From Planktothrix sp. GU0601_MAG3 (lineage in GTDB: Bacteria > Cyanobacteriota > Cyanobacteriia > Cyanobacteriales > Microcoleaceae), in contig CP136572.1 of the NCBI GenBank assembly GCA_035193785.1, forward strand, positions 3,540,578-3,604,577: a DNA stretch of 64,000 bases, read 5' to 3'. The stretch's first letter is position 1, and each line of letters starts with the position of its first letter. The translations under genes and the position numbers were made by a program. The notes beneath the pieces were generated by a model. That model saw only the letters and a program-made list of their open reading frames with translations, was not told where the DNA came from and ran no database searches. This document shows, one piece after another, positions 46,931 to 56,982 of this stretch.

Positions 46931-47185
46931 ATGAACATATCCTTAACTCCTGAACTTGAGCAGTTTGTTCAGTCAACGGTCAAAAACGGGAAATATTCAT
47001 CGGCTTCTGAAGTCATCCTAGCGGCATTACAATTACTAAAAGAACAGGAAATTTTAGGGGTTATGAATCCAGTTTTGTCGGAGAGTAAGCAAAAATCAAA
47101 CTATGATTTCTCTGATTTGGTGGGGCGCTTAAATTGGCAAGGAGAAGCAGTTATAATACAGAGGCATCTACGCGATGAGTGGTAA
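46931..47185 (+). CDS. Antitoxin with ParD-like ribbon-helix-helix N-terminus
   Basis: MNISLTPELEQFV..GKYSSASEVI..ALQLL; C-terminal QRHLRDEW. Confidence 0.85.
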   Translation: MNISLTPELEQFVQSTVKNGKYSSASEVILAALQLLKEQEILGVMNPVLSESKQKSNYDFSDLVGRLNWQGEAVIIQRHLRDEW

Positions 47186-47552
47186 TCGCTATGTTTTGGA
47201 TACGAATGCTATTGTAGCTCTACTTCAAGGCAATATTCAACTCATCGAATTACTTAAAGATGCTGATTGGATCGGAGTTTCAATTATTAGCCAAATAGAG
47301 TTTCTGGTATTTCCTGGGTTAACTCAAGATGATAGTCGGATTTTCAATCAGTTTCTGCAAAGAGTTGAGGTTATCGGTTTAGTGGCAATTGATACTGTTT
47401 TGATTGATAAAATCATTGAAATTCGCCAGCAATATCGCTTGAAACTACCGGATGCGGTTATTGCGGCAATGGCTATCCAAAATTTAGCTAGTTTGGTGAC
47501 AGCCGATCAAGAGTTTGCAAAGGTAACAATTTTAACGGTAATTAATTGGTAG
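47175..47552 (+). CDS. vapC: VapC-family PIN toxin
   Basis: YVLDTN, IEFL, LKLPDAVIAA, LVTAD; overlaps the antitoxin by 11 nt. Confidence 0.88.
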   Translation: MSGNRYVLDTNAIVALLQGNIQLIELLKDADWIGVSIISQIEFLVFPGLTQDDSRIFNQFLQRVEVIGLVAIDTVLIDKIIEIRQQYRLKLPDAVIAAMAIQNLASLVTADQEFAKVTILTVINW

Positions 47553-47643
47553 CGATCGCTCTTGAAATTAAACCAAATTTTGGTAAAGGGCAGGGCTTTT
47601 TTAATAATGACTATAGCAAACCATTTCCTTAATCAAAAATTAA

Positions 47644-48246
47644 TTATTTGGAATTAAAACGCTCTATTTCTTGTTGGAATATTTCTTTAAAAATTTGGGT
47701 GGCTTGAGGTTGAATAATTTGGGAAAATCGTTGCATGGATTCTTGGAGTAATTGGGGCATAACACTAATGGTTTTTTTGCCTGTGGGTGTTTGATAAAAG
47801 TTAATCATAGTTTGTAAATCTTCTTCTGTAAAGAATTTATCATATAGGGGATAATAAACTTTTTCCATGATTTGGTCAAAATCAAGTTTTTCCATTAATC
47901 TTTGATTATATTGGGTCAAAATTCGACCCATATCTTGGTTAATTTGATTGATCATTTGTTGTTTTTTTTCTATAGAAATTCCTGAAGTTTCAGGGACAAT
48001 AGATTCTAAAATCCCAGTAAATTCCTGTTGAAGTTGGACGGCGGTAATTTGGCTAACCTGTCTAAATAGTTTTTCTCCTCCGGTGAGTTCTATTAATTCT
48101 CTGATCAGTTTGCGTTTACTTTCAGAAACAGATTGTTGAGACAATTCTGATTCAGGTTTTGGAGTAGATTCTGCTTTGACAGGTGTGGGGAAAATTACCC
48201 ATAAAGATAAAATAGTTCCCAGTAATAAAATTCGCTTTAAGAACAT
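47644..48246 (-). CDS. DUF2059 domain secreted protein
   Basis: Signal peptide; YDKFFTEEDL..FYQTPTGKK. Confidence 0.85.
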   Translation of the reverse strand: MFLKRILLLGTILSLWVIFPTPVKAESTPKPESELSQQSVSESKRKLIRELIELTGGEKLFRQVSQITAVQLQQEFTGILESIVPETSGISIEKKQQMINQINQDMGRILTQYNQRLMEKLDFDQIMEKVYYPLYDKFFTEEDLQTMINFYQTPTGKKTISVMPQLLQESMQRFSQIIQPQATQIFKEIFQQEIERFNSK

Positions 48247-48452
48247 AAAAAACTCTCCTGATTTTTGAGATTATATTACCAAAAATGCGATCGCGTAGGC
48301 GATGCCTGGTTTAATTTATATCTGTTGCTCTGGCAATTCTAAATCAAAGGTAACACTTTTGGATACAATATCCGTAACTTTAGAAAAAATATTATAGTCC
48401 TAAAGACAGGTATAATGTTTTACAGAAAACAAAATATTCCCTAAAATTAACG

Positions 48453-50805
48453 ATGACACCCTCACAATATTTTGATTATCAGAACATTCAACCTATTAGT
48501 CAACCCATCGAACCCAAGAAACAAGGCGCAAAACGCCATTGGGGTAGTCATCCCTATTTTACTCGACGAGCTTGGAATGTTGTTCAAGAATATATTCGCA
48601 CTTTTAGCCAACCGGGAGATATTATTTTAGACCCTTTTGGGGGTTTCAGGAGTCACAGCAGTTGAATCTTTGGTCTTGCGTCGCCAAGCAATTCATTGTG
48701 ATATTAACCCAATGGCTAATTTTATTTGTTCTCAAATTGCTGTTAGTCCCATTAATATCGAGAGTTTTAGAATTGCTTTCGATGAAATAGAAAAAAAATG
48801 CAAAGATGCCATTAATTTAGCTTATTCACTTTCTGATGAAGAAGCTGAAAATTTAGAAATAAAATATTGGTATCCTCAAAATGTGAAAATGCCTAAAAAT
48901 GGCAAGCCAGATTATATTGAACAACTGTTTACTAAACGTCAATTTTTCTGTTTATCATTATTATTAAATGAAATTAATACAATTCAATCTTTAACCATTA
49001 AGAATCTGATGAAATTTGTTTTTTCCGCCAGTTTAAACAAAACTAATTTAACATTTAGTTCTACTCATGGCCGAAAAGCCAGCAGGGGAAATAGTGGAAT
49101 TATGCACCGTTATAGTTATTGGATTCCGCCACAAACCCTTGATCTAAATGTTTGGGAAGTTTTTGAACAAAAATTTAAGTATATTGTTCAGGCGAAACTA
49201 GAAACTAACTTATTAATTGGAAATTTTTATCAAGATAACTTCTCTATATTTAATGTTTCAGCTACAAATTTAACTGATAAAATTCAGCCAGAGTCTATTG
49301 ATTATATTTATACTGATCCCCCTTATGGTAAACATATTGCCTATCTGGATTTGTCTACAATGTGGAATGCTTGGCTAGGTTTTGAAGTCAGTGATGAAGC
49401 TAGACAATTAGAAGTGATTGAAGGCGGAGATTTAAACAAATCTAAACAAGATTATATTAATTTACTCCATGCTTCTATTGCTGAAATGTTCAAAGTTCTT
49501 AAATTTGATCGGTGGATGAGTATTGTCTTTGCTCACAAAGATCCTGCTTTTTGGGATGCTATTGTTAAATCAGCCCAAGATTCAGGATTTCAGTATGTTA
49601 ATTGTGCGATTCAAACCTCAAGTACGCCTTCTTTATACAAACGACAAAATCCCCTCAAAGTTTTATCGGGTGAGTTAGTATTAAATTTCATAAAAGTTAG
49701 AAATCCTAAAACAATCGCTATTACTAAAGTCGGTACTGATGTTGTACAATTAATTAAAGAAGTAGCTGAATTAATCATTGTCAAAAACTCAGGAGCTTCT
49801 ACAGAAGATATTTATAATGCTTTAATTCCTAAATTGTTAGAAAACGGCTTATTGAATCAGGTTAAAAAACAATTAGATGATATTACACCTATTCTCAATG
49901 AAGAATTCATATTTTCTGAATTGGATCATCTTTGGAAGATTAAACCCAATACAAAAATAGGCTGTTTTATTCCTCTGGAAGATCGGATTCGTTTTTATCT
50001 GATCGATTATTTACAATTCCTAGAAAGACAAGAAAAATCAGCCACCTTCGATCAAATTATATTGAATGTAATGCCAAATCTAATTAATGGCACCACCCCG
50101 GCCAATCAAACCATTTTAAATGTTTTAGAAAAAATTGCGTATTCTCCCGATGGGAAACACTGGCAATTTGGCAAATCTGATATCATTCAAATGGAATTAG
50201 ATTTAGGAATTTCCTTTGAAAATCCTTTATTTCCAAGTCTCGATTTTCCTAAAGATCCCAATAAAATAGAACACGATTGTATAATTTATATTTTAGCTAA
50301 GATAGCTCTATCAGCAGGTTTAAAAGTTCATATAGGCAAAAAAGAACAAGCTACAAGTCACTGGAATGGAGAATCTTTTAATCAGCTATCTTTGAATAAA
50401 TTGCCGATTCAGAAACCTCTAACAGATTGGCAAAAAAATAAAATTCAGCAAATTGATTTAATTTGGTTTGACAATCAAGGTGATCCCGTTTTTGCTTTTG
50501 AAGTCGAAACAAGTACCCCAATTACAACCGGAATTGAAAGGTTTATGGAATTATTAGAAATATTTCCAAACCTGGCTAAAACTCTGGTTTTAATTATTCC
50601 TCCTAAACGATTAAGTAAAATGAATAAATTATTGAAAGACTCTCACTATATTGGTCATCCTTTATATATGGAGAATAAATTAGTCTACAGTTTTTCTCAA
50701 AAGATTGTAGAAGTTTACCAAAAAGTATCTAGTCTTAATCCTGTTAACTTAGAAACAGTTATTCGAGAAATTCAGTTAACTTTAATAGCGCCTAGTTTGA
50801 AATAG
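48453..50805 (+). CDS. Amino-DNA methyltransferase fused to a C-terminal PD-(D/E)XK-like nuclease (~780 aa; apparent frameshift at 48643-48647)
   Basis: HPYFTR, restored motif I LDPFGGSGVT, motif IV YTDPPY, C-terminal IDLIWFD..FAFEVETST. Confidence 0.82.
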
Positions 50806-50957
50806 TCACCGACTGATTCAGAAACCAGGTTTTTTTTTCAACAACAGTTTTGGTGCGTGGGCGGGGATAGCCTCACCTGAAGGATTTTAACCAAAAATTG
50901 AAATATATGGTATAATCTAAAATTCGTTGTGTAATCTTTATACAGAATTTGATTAGA

Positions 50958-52275
50958 ATGGCAACACAGCCAACTATTGCGATCTCTCACCTCGGTTGCG
51001 AAAAAAATCGCATTGATACCGAACATATCCTGGGTCTATTGGTAGAGGCAGGTTATCAGGTTGATTCTAACGAAGAATTAGCGGATTACGTTATTGTCAA
51101 TACCTGTAGTTTTATCGAAGCCGCCCGGGAGGAATCGGTTCGCACCCTGGTAGAATTAGCCGACGCCAAAAAGAAAATTGTGATCACCGGGTGCATGGCC
51201 CAGCACTTCCAAGAACAACTGTTAGACGAACTCCCCGAAGCCGTTGCCGTTGTGGGAACCGGAGACTATCATAAAATTGTCGATGTGATCAGACGGGTGG
51301 AACAGGGAGAACGAGTTAAAGAAGTTTCCGCCGAACCGACGTATATTGCCGACGAAACCGTTCCCCGTTATCGTACCACCAGTGAAGGCGTTGCCTATCT
51401 GCGGGTAGCAGAGGGTTGTGACTATCGTTGCGCTTTTTGTATTATTCCCCACTTGCGCGGAAACCAACGATCGCGTACTATAGAATCAATTGTTACTGAA
51501 GCCCAGCAATTGGCCGATCAAGGGGTTCAGGAAATAATCCTTATTTCTCAGATCACGACCAACTACGGACTGGATCTCTACGGTGAACCCAAACTGGCAG
51601 AATTATTAAGGGCATTAGGAAAAGTTGATATTCCCTGGATACGGATGCACTATGCCTATCCAACGGGGTTAACCCCAAAAGTAATTGCAGCAATGCAAGA
51701 GACCCCTAACGTTTTACCCTATTTAGATTTACCGCTACAACATTCACACCCCGATGTGTTACGCGCAATGAAACCGTCCTTGGCAGGGACGAGTCAACGA
51801 TCAGATTATCGAAACGCTGAAAACCGCTATCCCAGATGCGGTGCTTCGTACCACATTTATTGTTGGTTTCCCAGGAGAAACTGAGGAACATTTTGAACAC
51901 CTGCGGGAATTTGTGCAACGCCACGAGTTTGATCACGTTGGCGTGTTTACCTTCTCTCCCGAAGAAGGAACCCCTGCTTATAAATTGCCGAATCAACTGC
52001 CTCAAGGGATAATGGATGCCCGTCGGGATGCCTTAATGGAAATACAGCAACCCATTTCCCTGAAGCAAAATCAAAAATCCATCGCCCAGGTGGTAGACGT
52101 TCTCATTGAACAACAAAATCCCCAAAGCGGAGAATTGATCGGTCGTTCTGCCCGTTTCGCCCCCGAAGTAGATGGTTTGATCTATATTGAAGGCGATGCC
52201 CGTTTGGGTTCAATGGTGAAAGTCCAAATCACCGACGCCGATGTTTATGATCTCTATGGTTACGTCTTAGAATAA
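50958..52275 (+). CDS. rimO: Ribosomal protein S12 methylthiotransferase (apparent frameshift at 51770-51774)
   Basis: [41 protein letters not shown]. Confidence 0.96.
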
Positions 52276-52634
52276 AATGTTAGCCCTTAAAAGCTGACAG
52301 TCAAGCCATTTCACCGAAATCGCCGCAAATTTTAAGAAATTTGTTGTTATATTTCTGAATGTTAAGCGTTATCCTAGAGATAGATGGTCTATAAAGAGTC
52401 TGATTGACTAAACAACCCCAATGGTTGTGACGAAAAGTGAGTTCAGGAACTTTTGAAGACCTTGGAATGTAAATAAGGTTCCAAGATGCCCGAGAGACAG
52501 CGTAACTCAACGTTTGTAGAGAGCTACGTCAAGCGTTATAGCAAAACTAATAAACCTCTGCATTGTAGTAAAAGTGTCTCAAATGAATAGGGTAGGGTCA
52601 GGAACCGGGCTAAAACACATAGATAGGAGAATGA

Positions 52635-54042
52635 ATGAGTCCATCTTTTGCAAGCTTAGGAATTTCCGAAGAACGTGCTAGTTATCTGGAAACAATAGGC
52701 TTTAGCGAGCCAACCACCATTCAAGTCGAAGCAATTCCCCATATTTTGTCTGGACGGGACGTGGTGGGACTGGCTCAAACCGGGACGGGCAAAACAGCCG
52801 CCTTTTCATTGCCCATTCTGGAGCAACTGGATACAAGTGCAAAGGGCGTACAAGCGTTAATCCTGACCCCAACTCGGGAATTAGCCATGCAGGTTAAAGA
52901 AGCGATTCGGAAAATGACCGATGATCGCAGCTTGTATGTGTTAACCGTTTATGGTGGTCAGTCCATTGACAGACAAATCCAACGGTTACAACAGGGCGTT
53001 TCAGATTGTCGTCGGCACACCTGGACGGATTTTAGATTTACTCAACCGGGGAAATCTGAAATTTGACCGGATTAAGTGGTTAGTATTGGATGAAGCCGAT
53101 GAAATGTTAAGCATGGGCTTTATTCAGGATGTGGAAAAAATCCTAGAATCCGTGGCTGAAGATCGGCAAACGGCGTTTTTCTCAGCTACCATGGAGCCTT
53201 CGATTTGGAAATTGGTGAAGAAATTCCTCAAAAACCCAGTCACCATTAAGGCCGAAAACCCCAAAGCTACCCCCAAACGCATTGAACAGCGTGCTTATAT
53301 GGCTCCCCGTGGGTGGTCAAAAGCCCGGGCGTTGCAACCGATTTTAGAATTAGAAGATCCCGAATCAGCGATTATTTTTGTTCGCACTAAACAGGCTGCT
53401 GCGGAGTTAACTACCTTCCTGCAAGCCGCCGGTCACAGCGTTGACGAATATCATGGTAACTTGAACCAAACCCAACGAGAACGGCTGCTGCAACGATTCC
53501 GTCGCCGTCAGGTGCGTTGGATCGTGGCGACCGATATCGCTGCCCGAGGATTGGATGTGGATCATCTCAGCCACGTTATTAACTACGATTTACCCGATAA
53601 CGCGGAAAGTTATGTTCACCGGATTGGTCGCACAGGTCGCGCCGGACGGGAAGGAATCGCAATTACCTTGATTCAGCCGATTGATCGCCGGAAACTGCGG
53701 TTAATTGAGCGCCATTTGAATCATAACTTTACGGTGTTGTCGATTCCTAAGCGCTCGCAAATTGAAGGCCGTTATGTTGAACGGTTACAAGGACGGGTGC
53801 GGGAAGCATTGGCCGGAGAACGGGTTGCCTCCTTCTTGCCGATTGTGGCCCAATTGAGTGAGGAATACGATCCCCAGGCGATCGCGGCGGCGGCTTTACA
53901 ACTAGCCTACGATCAAACTCGCCCCAGTTGGTTGGATTCTGAATTCGCTGCTGAGGAAGAAGAAATGCCACTACCGTCTTCTAAACCGAAATTAAATCGT
54001 CGGGTAGTTCCTCGTCCTTCGGTTTCCCAGGGCGTTGAATAG
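52635..54042 (+). CDS. crhR: DEAD-box RNA helicase CrhR (apparent frameshift at 52998-53002)
   Basis: AQTGTGKT, PTRELA, TPGR, DEAD, SAT, HRIGRTGR; follows rimO as in other cyanobacteria. Confidence 0.92.
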
Positions 54043-54080
54043 ATTTAACGAATGACGGTTTCTAAGGATTAAAATAGATA

Positions 54081-54119
54081 CACCAGACGCAATTGATCGT
54101 GTCTGGTGGTTTTTTTTTT
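54081..54119 (+). terminator. Intrinsic terminator after crhR
   Basis: CACCAGACGC-loop-GTGTCTGGTG followed by a T10 run. Confidence 0.85.
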
Positions 54120-54136
54120 CTTATTTTCCAAGCGAA

Positions 54137-54919
54137 ATGCAGACTAATTCTTCTGACTCTCATCTTAACTCTCTCAGACAATGGGCAAATTTAATTGCGA
54201 TTTTAGTCGCATTTGGAATTAATGTATTAGCGAATTTGGCTCCCTTTAATGGGTTAACAATTGGAGAAATTTCTAATACGGTTTTTAGAGAAGTTAAAAT
54301 TATTCCGGCTAATTATGCTTTTGCCATCTGGGGCTTGATTTATCTAGGTTTATTCGCTTTTGCCCGATATCAATTTTTACCTCAAAACCAGGAAAATCCG
54401 CGATTAGAGAAGTTAGGTTTCGCCTTAGTTTTAGCCAGTATTGCCCAAATTATTTGGGTATTTTTATTTCAATACCAAATGTTTTTTCTGTCTTTAGGGG
54501 CAATGATAGCGATTTTAAATTGTTTAATTGTGGCCTATTTACGGTTAAATATTGGGAGGGTTAGAGTTTCTAAACAAGAACGCTGGTATGTTGATCTTCC
54601 GATTAGTATTTATTTGGCTTGGATTAGTGTCGCAACAATTGTCAATGTAGCTTTAGTTTTGGAAAATTGGCGATGGAAGGGCGGGGGAATTTCACCGGAA
54701 TTATGGACGGCAATTTTATTAATTATTGCTGGAACTTTAGCGGCTATTTTAATTATTGAACGGAATGAAATTGCCTATCCTTTTGTAATTATGTGGGCAC
54801 TTTGTGCGATCGCAGTTCGCCAAGCCACCCAACCTTTAATTTTAGTCACGGCGATCGCTGTATCCCTATCCTTGGGATTATTTGGATTAAGTTTAACTAT
54901 TTTGCGACGCAGGAAGTAG
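54137..54919 (+). CDS. Tryptophan-rich sensory (TspO-like) membrane protein
   Basis: [29 protein letters not shown]; multi-TM. Confidence 0.78.
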   Translation: MQTNSSDSHLNSLRQWANLIAILVAFGINVLANLAPFNGLTIGEISNTVFREVKIIPANYAFAIWGLIYLGLFAFARYQFLPQNQENPRLEKLGFALVLASIAQIIWVFLFQYQMFFLSLGAMIAILNCLIVAYLRLNIGRVRVSKQERWYVDLPISIYLAWISVATIVNVALVLENWRWKGGGISPELWTAILLIIAGTLAAILIIERNEIAYPFVIMWALCAIAVRQATQPLILVTAIAVSLSLGLFGLSLTILRRRK

Positions 54920-55268
54920 GGAGCAGGGGGAGCAGGGGAGGTAGGGGGAGCAGGGGGAGCATGGGAGGTAGGGGGAGCAGGGGGAGCAGGGGGAGCAGGG
55001 GGAGCAGGGGGAGCAGGGGAGGCAGGGGAGGCAGGGGAGGCAGGGGGAGCAGGGGAGGCAGGGGGAGCAGGGGGAGCAGGGGAGGTAGGGGAGGCAGGGG
55101 GAGCAGTGGAGGCAGGGGAGGTAAACTTTTGCTATTACCCATTCGTAATTCGTAATTCGTAATTCGTAATTCGTAATTACCTATTACCTATTACCCATTA
55201 CCTATTACCTATTACCTATTACCTATTACCTATTACCTATTACCCATTACCCATTACCTATTACCTAA
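54917..55268 (-). repeat. Composite tandem repeat, inverted copy 4
   Basis: (GGGGAGCAG-like)n-GTAAACTTTTGCTATT-(TTCGTAA)n-(TTACC[C/T]A)n. Confidence 0.95.
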
Positions 55269-55269
55269 T

Positions 55270-56328
55270 TTAATCTTTTCGGGCGGTGAGGAAATAGGTG
55301 AACATTTCGCCTTTGCCTTTAATTTCAATAATGCCACGCTCCTGAAAAATGTATTTATGTTTTAAACGTTGGTAGGTAGTTTCTGTGACTTGAATTTTGC
55401 CTGCGACGCCATGGGACTCCATGCGGTTAGCGGTGTTTACCGTATCTCCCCAGAGGTCATAGGTAAACTTCTTTGTCCCAATGACTCCGGCTTCTACTGC
55501 ACCGATATTAATTCCGGTGCGCATTTGTACAGGTTCATTGCCTTCGAGCCGAAATTGACCGATAATGCTTTGCATATCTAAAGCCATATCTGCGATCGCT
55601 TCTGCATGGTCAGAGCGGGGAGTTGGTAATCCTCCCACTACCATATAGGCATCTCCGATGGTTTTAATTTTTTCCAAGCCATATTTTTCCGCTAACTCAT
55701 CAAAAGCCGAAAAAATTTCGTTGAGAACTTCCACTAATTGAGCCGGGGATAAATTAGCGGATAATTTAGTAAAATTGACAATATCTGCAAATAAAACCGT
55801 GACATCGGCGAAACTATCCGCAATGGTGCTTTCTCCCCGTTTCAGACGTTGGGCGATCGCTCCGGGTAAAATATTTAATAATAATCGTTCTGATTTTTCC
55901 TGTTCTTCTGCTAACTTTTTTAAATAGGCTTGTTCTTGATCCCGTAGGCGTTTTTTTTCTAAACAGGCATTAATTCTAGCTTTTAATAAAACCGGATTAA
56001 ATGGTTTAGATAAATAATCTTCCGCCCCCAATTCAATACAACGAACAATACTATCAATATCATTAACTGCCGAAATCATCACCACGGGAATATGACGCAA
56101 GGCGGGGTCGGCTTTCAAAGTTTCCAAGACTTGATAGCCATTCATTTGAGGCATCATAATATCCAGCAATACCAAATCCAGGGACATTGAAGCCATCATT
56201 TCCAGAGCTTCAAAGCCATTAGAAGCCACAGTCACCCCGTAACCTTGGCGCTGGAGTCTTTTAGCCAGGAGGTCACGGTTAACCTCATTATCATCAACAA
56301 TTAGTACGCGATCGGGTTGAGCGTCCAT
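55270..56328 (-). CDS. Receiver-domain class III adenylate/guanylate cyclase
   Basis: REC LIVDD..LDIMMP; LFADIVNFT, EKIKTIGDAYM, YDLWGDTVNTANRMES; K and D specificity residues suggest ATP. Confidence 0.93.
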   Translation of the reverse strand: MDAQPDRVLIVDDNEVNRDLLAKRLQRQGYGVTVASNGFEALEMMASMSLDLVLLDIMMPQMNGYQVLETLKADPALRHIPVVMISAVNDIDSIVRCIELGAEDYLSKPFNPVLLKARINACLEKKRLRDQEQAYLKKLAEEQEKSERLLLNILPGAIAQRLKRGESTIADSFADVTVLFADIVNFTKLSANLSPAQLVEVLNEIFSAFDELAEKYGLEKIKTIGDAYMVVGGLPTPRSDHAEAIADMALDMQSIIGQFRLEGNEPVQMRTGINIGAVEAGVIGTKKFTYDLWGDTVNTANRMESHGVAGKIQVTETTYQRLKHKYIFQERGIIEIKGKGEMFTYFLTARKD

Positions 56329-56528
56329 CTCTTATTAGTGGCTCCTACTGTCGTCTTGGGATAGTAACAACAAGTACCACGCCTCCAGCTAAGGTTTTCA
56401 TCAAATCAGTTGCTCAGATAAAAATTGAGATCGCTTTTAGCAGATTCTACAAGACTTCCGCAACCGTTGTGAACTGCAATCATCAATCAGCGCCAGAGCA
56501 GAGATTTGTTTCTCTTGACTGATAACTG

Positions 56529-56556
56529 GTACAGACGCGCCATGGCACGTCTCCAC
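56529..56556. repeat. GTAG-type palindromic REP-like element flanked by CTGATAA heptamers
   Basis: GTACAGACGCGCCATGGCACGTCTCCAC, an imperfect palindrome. Confidence 0.7.
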
Positions 56557-56566
56557 TGATAACTGA

Positions 56567-56944
56567 TTATGGTGCCGTTGCCTTTTTTAAACAGACTTCT
56601 ATTTTTTCCAATAGACGGGAAAATTCTACGGGTTTTGTATCATAATCATTGCATCCGGCGGCTAAACATTTTTCCCGATCGCCCGCCATGGCATGGGCCG
56701 TTAAGGCAATTACGGGAATAGCTTTAGTTTTTGGATCGGCTTTAATTTGTCGGGTGGCTTCCCATCCATCCATCACGGGTAAACTCATATCCATCAGAAT
56801 CAGATCGGGCATTGTGGAACGGGTCAGTGCCACACCCTCAGCCCCATCGACGGCAATAAATACCTCATATCCCTTTCGGAATAGACGTCGTTTCAGCATA
56901 TCCCGATTCATTTCATTATCTTCAACTAATAAAATCTTTACCAT
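56567..56944 (-). CDS. Single-domain response regulator (DivK/CheY-like)
   Basis: ILLVEDN, LMDMSLP, ALTAHAM, TKP. Confidence 0.93.
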   Translation of the reverse strand: MVKILLVEDNEMNRDMLKRRLFRKGYEVFIAVDGAEGVALTRSTMPDLILMDMSLPVMDGWEATRQIKADPKTKAIPVIALTAHAMAGDREKCLAAGCNDYDTKPVEFSRLLEKIEVCLKKATAP

Positions 56945-56982
56945 GATCTGATCTCAACATTAAGAGTTTAGGGTTAGAATTT

